This document shows, one piece after another, positions 60,955 through 64,000 of a stretch of 64,000 bases of DNA; position 1 is the stretch's first letter, and every line of letters begins with the position of its first letter. The notes under the pieces were generated by a model. The model made no database searches, had not been told where the DNA came from, and saw only the letters and a list, made by a program, of their open reading frames with translations. Origin of the DNA: Desulfomonilia bacterium (GTDB lineage Bacteria; Desulfobacterota; Desulfomonilia; UBA1062); the NCBI GenBank assembly GCA_963664325.2, contig CAXXDQ010000003.1, positions 288,001 to 352,000 of the forward strand. Direction: 5' to 3'. Position numbers and translations under genes: made by a program.

Positions 60955-62010
60955 ATGCGCGATAAGATTATTAACCTGCTTGGAGAAACTGTGGCAAAAG
61001 ACCTGCTCGATCACAAGTGTATTGTCCCCAAAGACAGCCTGCACCTGCCCGGGCCGGATTATGTGGAGAAAAACATGATGATCTCAGACAGGAAGCCTTC
61101 TGTCCTCAGGAATATGCAGGCCCTTCTGGGCTGCGGAAGGCTTTCCGGTACGGGCTATCTTTCAATTCTGCCAGTGGATCAGGGAATAGAACACAGTGCA
61201 GGAGCTTCTTTTGCTCCGAATCCCATATACTTCGATCCGGAAAACATTGTTAAACTGGCCATCGAGGCCGGATGCAGCGCCGTTGCATCAACACTCGGCG
61301 TGCTCGGCTCGGTTGCAAGAAAATATGCGCACAGGATTCCGTTCATCCTCAAGATCAACCACAATGACCTGCTGATATATCCGGAAAAGCACGACCAGAT
61401 ACTGTTTGCAAATGTCAATCAGGCATTCGACATGGGAGCCGCAGCAATAGGAGCGACCATCTATTTCGGGTCCGAAGAGAGCTCCAGGCAGTTGATGGAA
61501 ATAACAGAGGCGTTTGCGCTTGCACATGATCTCGGACTTGTAACCATTCTCTGGGCATATCTGAGAAACGACGGGTTCAAGAAAAACGGCGTTGATTACC
61601 ATACGGCCGCGGACCTGACCGGTCAGGCCAACCACCTCTCGGTCACGATCGAGGCCGATATTGTCAAGCAGAAGCAGCCGACAGTGAACGGAGGCTACAA
61701 TGCCGTCAACTTCGGCAAGACAAATCCGAAAGTCTATACGGAGCTTTCAACGAACCATCCCGTCGACCTCACGAGGTATCAGGTGATGAACTGCTACATG
61801 GGCAGGCAGGGGCTGATCAATTCGGGTGGTGAATCCAAGGGCGAGACAGACCTTGCCGAGGCCCTAAGGACGGCGGTGATAAACAAGCGGGCCGGCGGCA
61901 TGGGGCTCATATCGGGAAGAAAGGCTTTCCAGCGGCCCATGAAGGAAGGCGTGGAGCTTCTTAATGCTATTCAGGACGTTTATTTGTCCAGCGAAGTTAC
62001 GATTGCATAA
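60955..62010 (+). CDS. fbaB: Class I fructose-bisphosphate aldolase
   Basis: [46 protein letters not shown]. Confidence 0.95.
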   Translation: MRDKIINLLGETVAKDLLDHKCIVPKDSLHLPGPDYVEKNMMISDRKPSVLRNMQALLGCGRLSGTGYLSILPVDQGIEHSAGASFAPNPIYFDPENIVKLAIEAGCSAVASTLGVLGSVARKYAHRIPFILKINHNDLLIYPEKHDQILFANVNQAFDMGAAAIGATIYFGSEESSRQLMEITEAFALAHDLGLVTILWAYLRNDGFKKNGVDYHTAADLTGQANHLSVTIEADIVKQKQPTVNGGYNAVNFGKTNPKVYTELSTNHPVDLTRYQVMNCYMGRQGLINSGGESKGETDLAEALRTAVINKRAGGMGLISGRKAFQRPMKEGVELLNAIQDVYLSSEVTIA

Positions 62011-62014
62011 TGAA

Positions 62015-62044
62015 TTGACACCCTGATTTGTTTCATCCTATAAG
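62015..62044 (+). promoter_or_regulatory. Putative sigma70 promoter TTGACA-N18-TATAAG, 7 nt before the tatB ATG
   Basis: Perfect -35 and near-consensus -10. Confidence 0.5.
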
Positions 62045-62051
62045 GGCTCGC

Positions 62052-62339
62052 ATGTTTGGTGTCGGTGGGACGGAACTATTCATAATCCTTGTTATTGCCC
62101 TTATCGTGCTTGGGCCGAACAAGCTTCCTGATCTTGCCAGAATGCTCGGCAAAGCAATGGGTGAACTTCAACGGGCGACAAGCGATCTGAAGCGTGAAAT
62201 AGATGTTGCAGGGGAGCATAAAAACGAACCGGCAGCTCAGAAGCCCGATGAGAAAAGCAGCGGGAATGAAAATATTCCGACCGGGAATTCTTCTGAAGAA
62301 AAAGTTCAAAATGGAGATGACAAACGGGGGGCGGACTGA
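62052..62339 (+). CDS. tatB: Twin-arginine translocase TatB (TatA/B family)
   Basis: MFGVGGTEL..ALIVLGP.KLP; upstream of tatC. Confidence 0.8.
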   Translation: MFGVGGTELFIILVIALIVLGPNKLPDLARMLGKAMGELQRATSDLKREIDVAGEHKNEPAAQKPDEKSSGNENIPTGNSSEEKVQNGDDKRGAD

Positions 62340-63092
62340 TTGGATGACCCGAAGCTTCCCATAACAGACCATCTCTCGGAACTGAGATCAAGACTTATAA
62401 AGAGCATTCTGGCCGTAGCGGCGGGATTCGCAGTAAGCTACGGTTTCTCGGAGAAGATATTCAGATTCCTTATAAAACCGCTGGTAAAGGCTATGCCACC
62501 AGGCAGCCATCTGATTTATACAGCGCTGCCTGAAGCATTTGTAACATATCTCAAGGTATCTTTTTTTGCAGGGGTGATTCTTGCTGCCCCGGTTATTTTT
62601 TATCAGCTCTGGAAATTCGTTATGCCGGGTTTGTATGAGAAGGAACGCAGGTATGTCATGCCTTTTGTCCTCATGGCGACTTTCTTTTTCCTGCTCGGGG
62701 CTTCATTCGCCTTCTTTGTGGTGTTTCCCTTCGGTTTTAAATTCCTTCTGGGGTACGCGTCGGGTGATATATATGCAATGCCCAAGCTTAACGAATACCT
62801 GAGCTTTACGGTGACGCTGCTGCTTGCATTCGGAGCGATATTCGAACTGCCGGTTATAATCTTTTTCCTTGCGAAAATCGGCATCGTTTCCCCTCAGTTC
62901 CTGAGAAAACAGAGAAGATATGCGATCCTGGTCATCGCCATTGTGGCAGCGGTTCTCACTCCTCCTGACCCGATCAGCATGATGCTTATGATGGTGCCGC
63001 TTCTGGTGCTTTATGAATTCAGCGTATGGGTGGCGTATTTTGTCTGGAAGCCGAGAAACAAAGGGCCGCAAGAAGAGGATAAAGCTCAGTAG
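62340..63092 (+). CDS. tatC: Twin-arginine translocase TatC
   Basis: DHLSELRSRL, YQLW.FV.PGL, FELPV, LTPPD. Confidence 0.96.
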   Translation: MDDPKLPITDHLSELRSRLIKSILAVAAGFAVSYGFSEKIFRFLIKPLVKAMPPGSHLIYTALPEAFVTYLKVSFFAGVILAAPVIFYQLWKFVMPGLYEKERRYVMPFVLMATFFFLLGASFAFFVVFPFGFKFLLGYASGDIYAMPKLNEYLSFTVTLLLAFGAIFELPVIIFFLAKIGIVSPQFLRKQRRYAILVIAIVAAVLTPPDPISMMLMMVPLLVLYEFSVWVAYFVWKPRNKGPQEEDKAQ

Positions 63093-63757
63093 ATTTTGGG
63101 CGGCCTCGGTCCGTAAATGAGTGTTCCGATCCTGACAAGGTTTGCGCCTTCTTCGATAGCGTTAATATAAGAATCGCTCATACCCATTGAAAGCCATTTT
63201 ATATCCGTATTAGGCAGCGCAGAGACGGACAGCTCGTCAAAAAGCTTTCTGGTGAGTTTGAAACACTGCCTTAATCCCTGCGGATCATCGATAAAGGGCC
63301 CCATCGTCATGAGCCCGTTAAGCCGGATATTAGATAAGCTGCTTATGTATCCAGCCAGCTCGTGGACTTCTTCAGGCATGGCACCTGCCTTCTGCTCTTC
63401 ACGGCCGCTGTTTACCTCTATCAGGACCGGCATGATCATGCCCTGTTTTTCAGCAGCCTGGTCGATCAGGAAAGCCAGTTCCTTTGAATCAACGGTTTCA
63501 ATCATGTCGAACATCGGGACAATGTGCTTCACCTTGTTTTTCTGTACGTGGCCGATGAAATGCCAGGATGCCATATCTTTCAGTTCGCTGATAATCCCTT
63601 TCGCATCCTGCATGTAGTTTTCGCCTATCATTGTTATACCGGCTTCGATGGTTTCCCTAACTTCTTCGATGTTCCTTGATTTTGCAGCTGCAACGACCTT
63701 GACATTCTCAGGAATATTTTGAAGGATCCTTGTTATGTTTTCAGTTATATGGCCCAC
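63086..63757 (-). CDS. yggS: YggS/PLPBP pyridoxal-phosphate homeostasis protein
   Basis: VAAAK, GENY, WHFIGHVQKNK, GLMTM, LSMGMS, VRIGT. Confidence 0.93.
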   Translation of the reverse strand: MGHITENITRILQNIPENVKVVAAAKSRNIEEVRETIEAGITMIGENYMQDAKGIISELKDMASWHFIGHVQKNKVKHIVPMFDMIETVDSKELAFLIDQAAEKQGMIMPVLIEVNSGREEQKAGAMPEEVHELAGYISSLSNIRLNGLMTMGPFIDDPQGLRQCFKLTRKLFDELSVSALPNTDIKWLSMGMSDSYINAIEEGANLVRIGTLIYGPRPPKIY

Positions 63758-63952
63758 ATAAAACCCCTGTTTAGGATTTATCAACCTTGGCCATAATAGC
63801 ATCTTTTTCTTTGACAAAAAATGACCAATACGATACTTTTCAGATACATTGATATGTTAATAATTTTAATGATATAGGGCTGTCTTCCTGGTTTTTATCG
63901 CTGCATATGCCTTATATCCTTCCAAGAAAATAAGCAGATACATGAGGGAGTT

Positions 63953-64000
63953 ATGGTTGGATTTAAAATGGATGAACTGATGGTTGGGACTCATACATTT
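63953..64000 (+). CDS. 5' end of a CDS running off the window (MVGFKMDELMVGTHTF..)
   Basis: SD GAGGGAG followed by ATG, frame open to the edge. Confidence 0.5.
   Translation, partial: MVGFKMDELMVGTHTF

Noticed and set aside
63841-63870. dif-like ATATGTTAATA
   Set aside because: Only a partial XerD-arm resemblance in AT-rich promoter DNA; no matching XerC arm.
1-64000. CRISPR arrays, rRNA, IS elements, prophage genes
   Set aside because: No regularly spaced repeats, rRNA-like tracts, transposase, integrase or phage structural motifs were seen; nearly all sequence is explained by CDS.

Overview
A gene-dense, moderate-GC bacterial chromosomal segment with about 55 CDS. It looks like a Desulfobacterota/deltaproteobacterial anaerobe; this is inferred from the sigma54 regulators, the DUF1844-degP-ispE-spoVG-prs synteny, NtrYX next to lpxC, and the CGGC and C-GCAxxG-C-C proteins. 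Most of the content is core or envelope metabolism: L-rhamnose catabolism (rhaDBA, rhaM), an LPS-core glycosyltransferase cluster, murJ, a glgA / divergent dnaA / GH13 / giant glmS / glmM / GlmU-like run, glycolysis (gpmA, fbaB), tatBC and yggS. I saw no CRISPR array, rRNA or mobile element. The strongest unexplained signals are: (1) a signal-peptide DUF1573 gene split by an in-frame UGA in a P-C-U-G motif and followed by a SECIS-like hairpin (probable exported selenoprotein); (2) a decayed tRNA-like RNA where tRNA-Gln normally sits before prs; (3) a divergent DnaA paralog heading a glycogen-to-amino-sugar gene run whose 1218-aa GlmS has its catalytic Cys behind a propeptide; (4) an adjacent CBM48 + CBS pair reminiscent of AMPK beta/gamma modules; (5) a +1 frameshift in an A6 run of a UroD-family gene; (6) several apparently leaderless sigma70 promoters. 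All calls come from reading sequence motifs by eye; no database searches were run.
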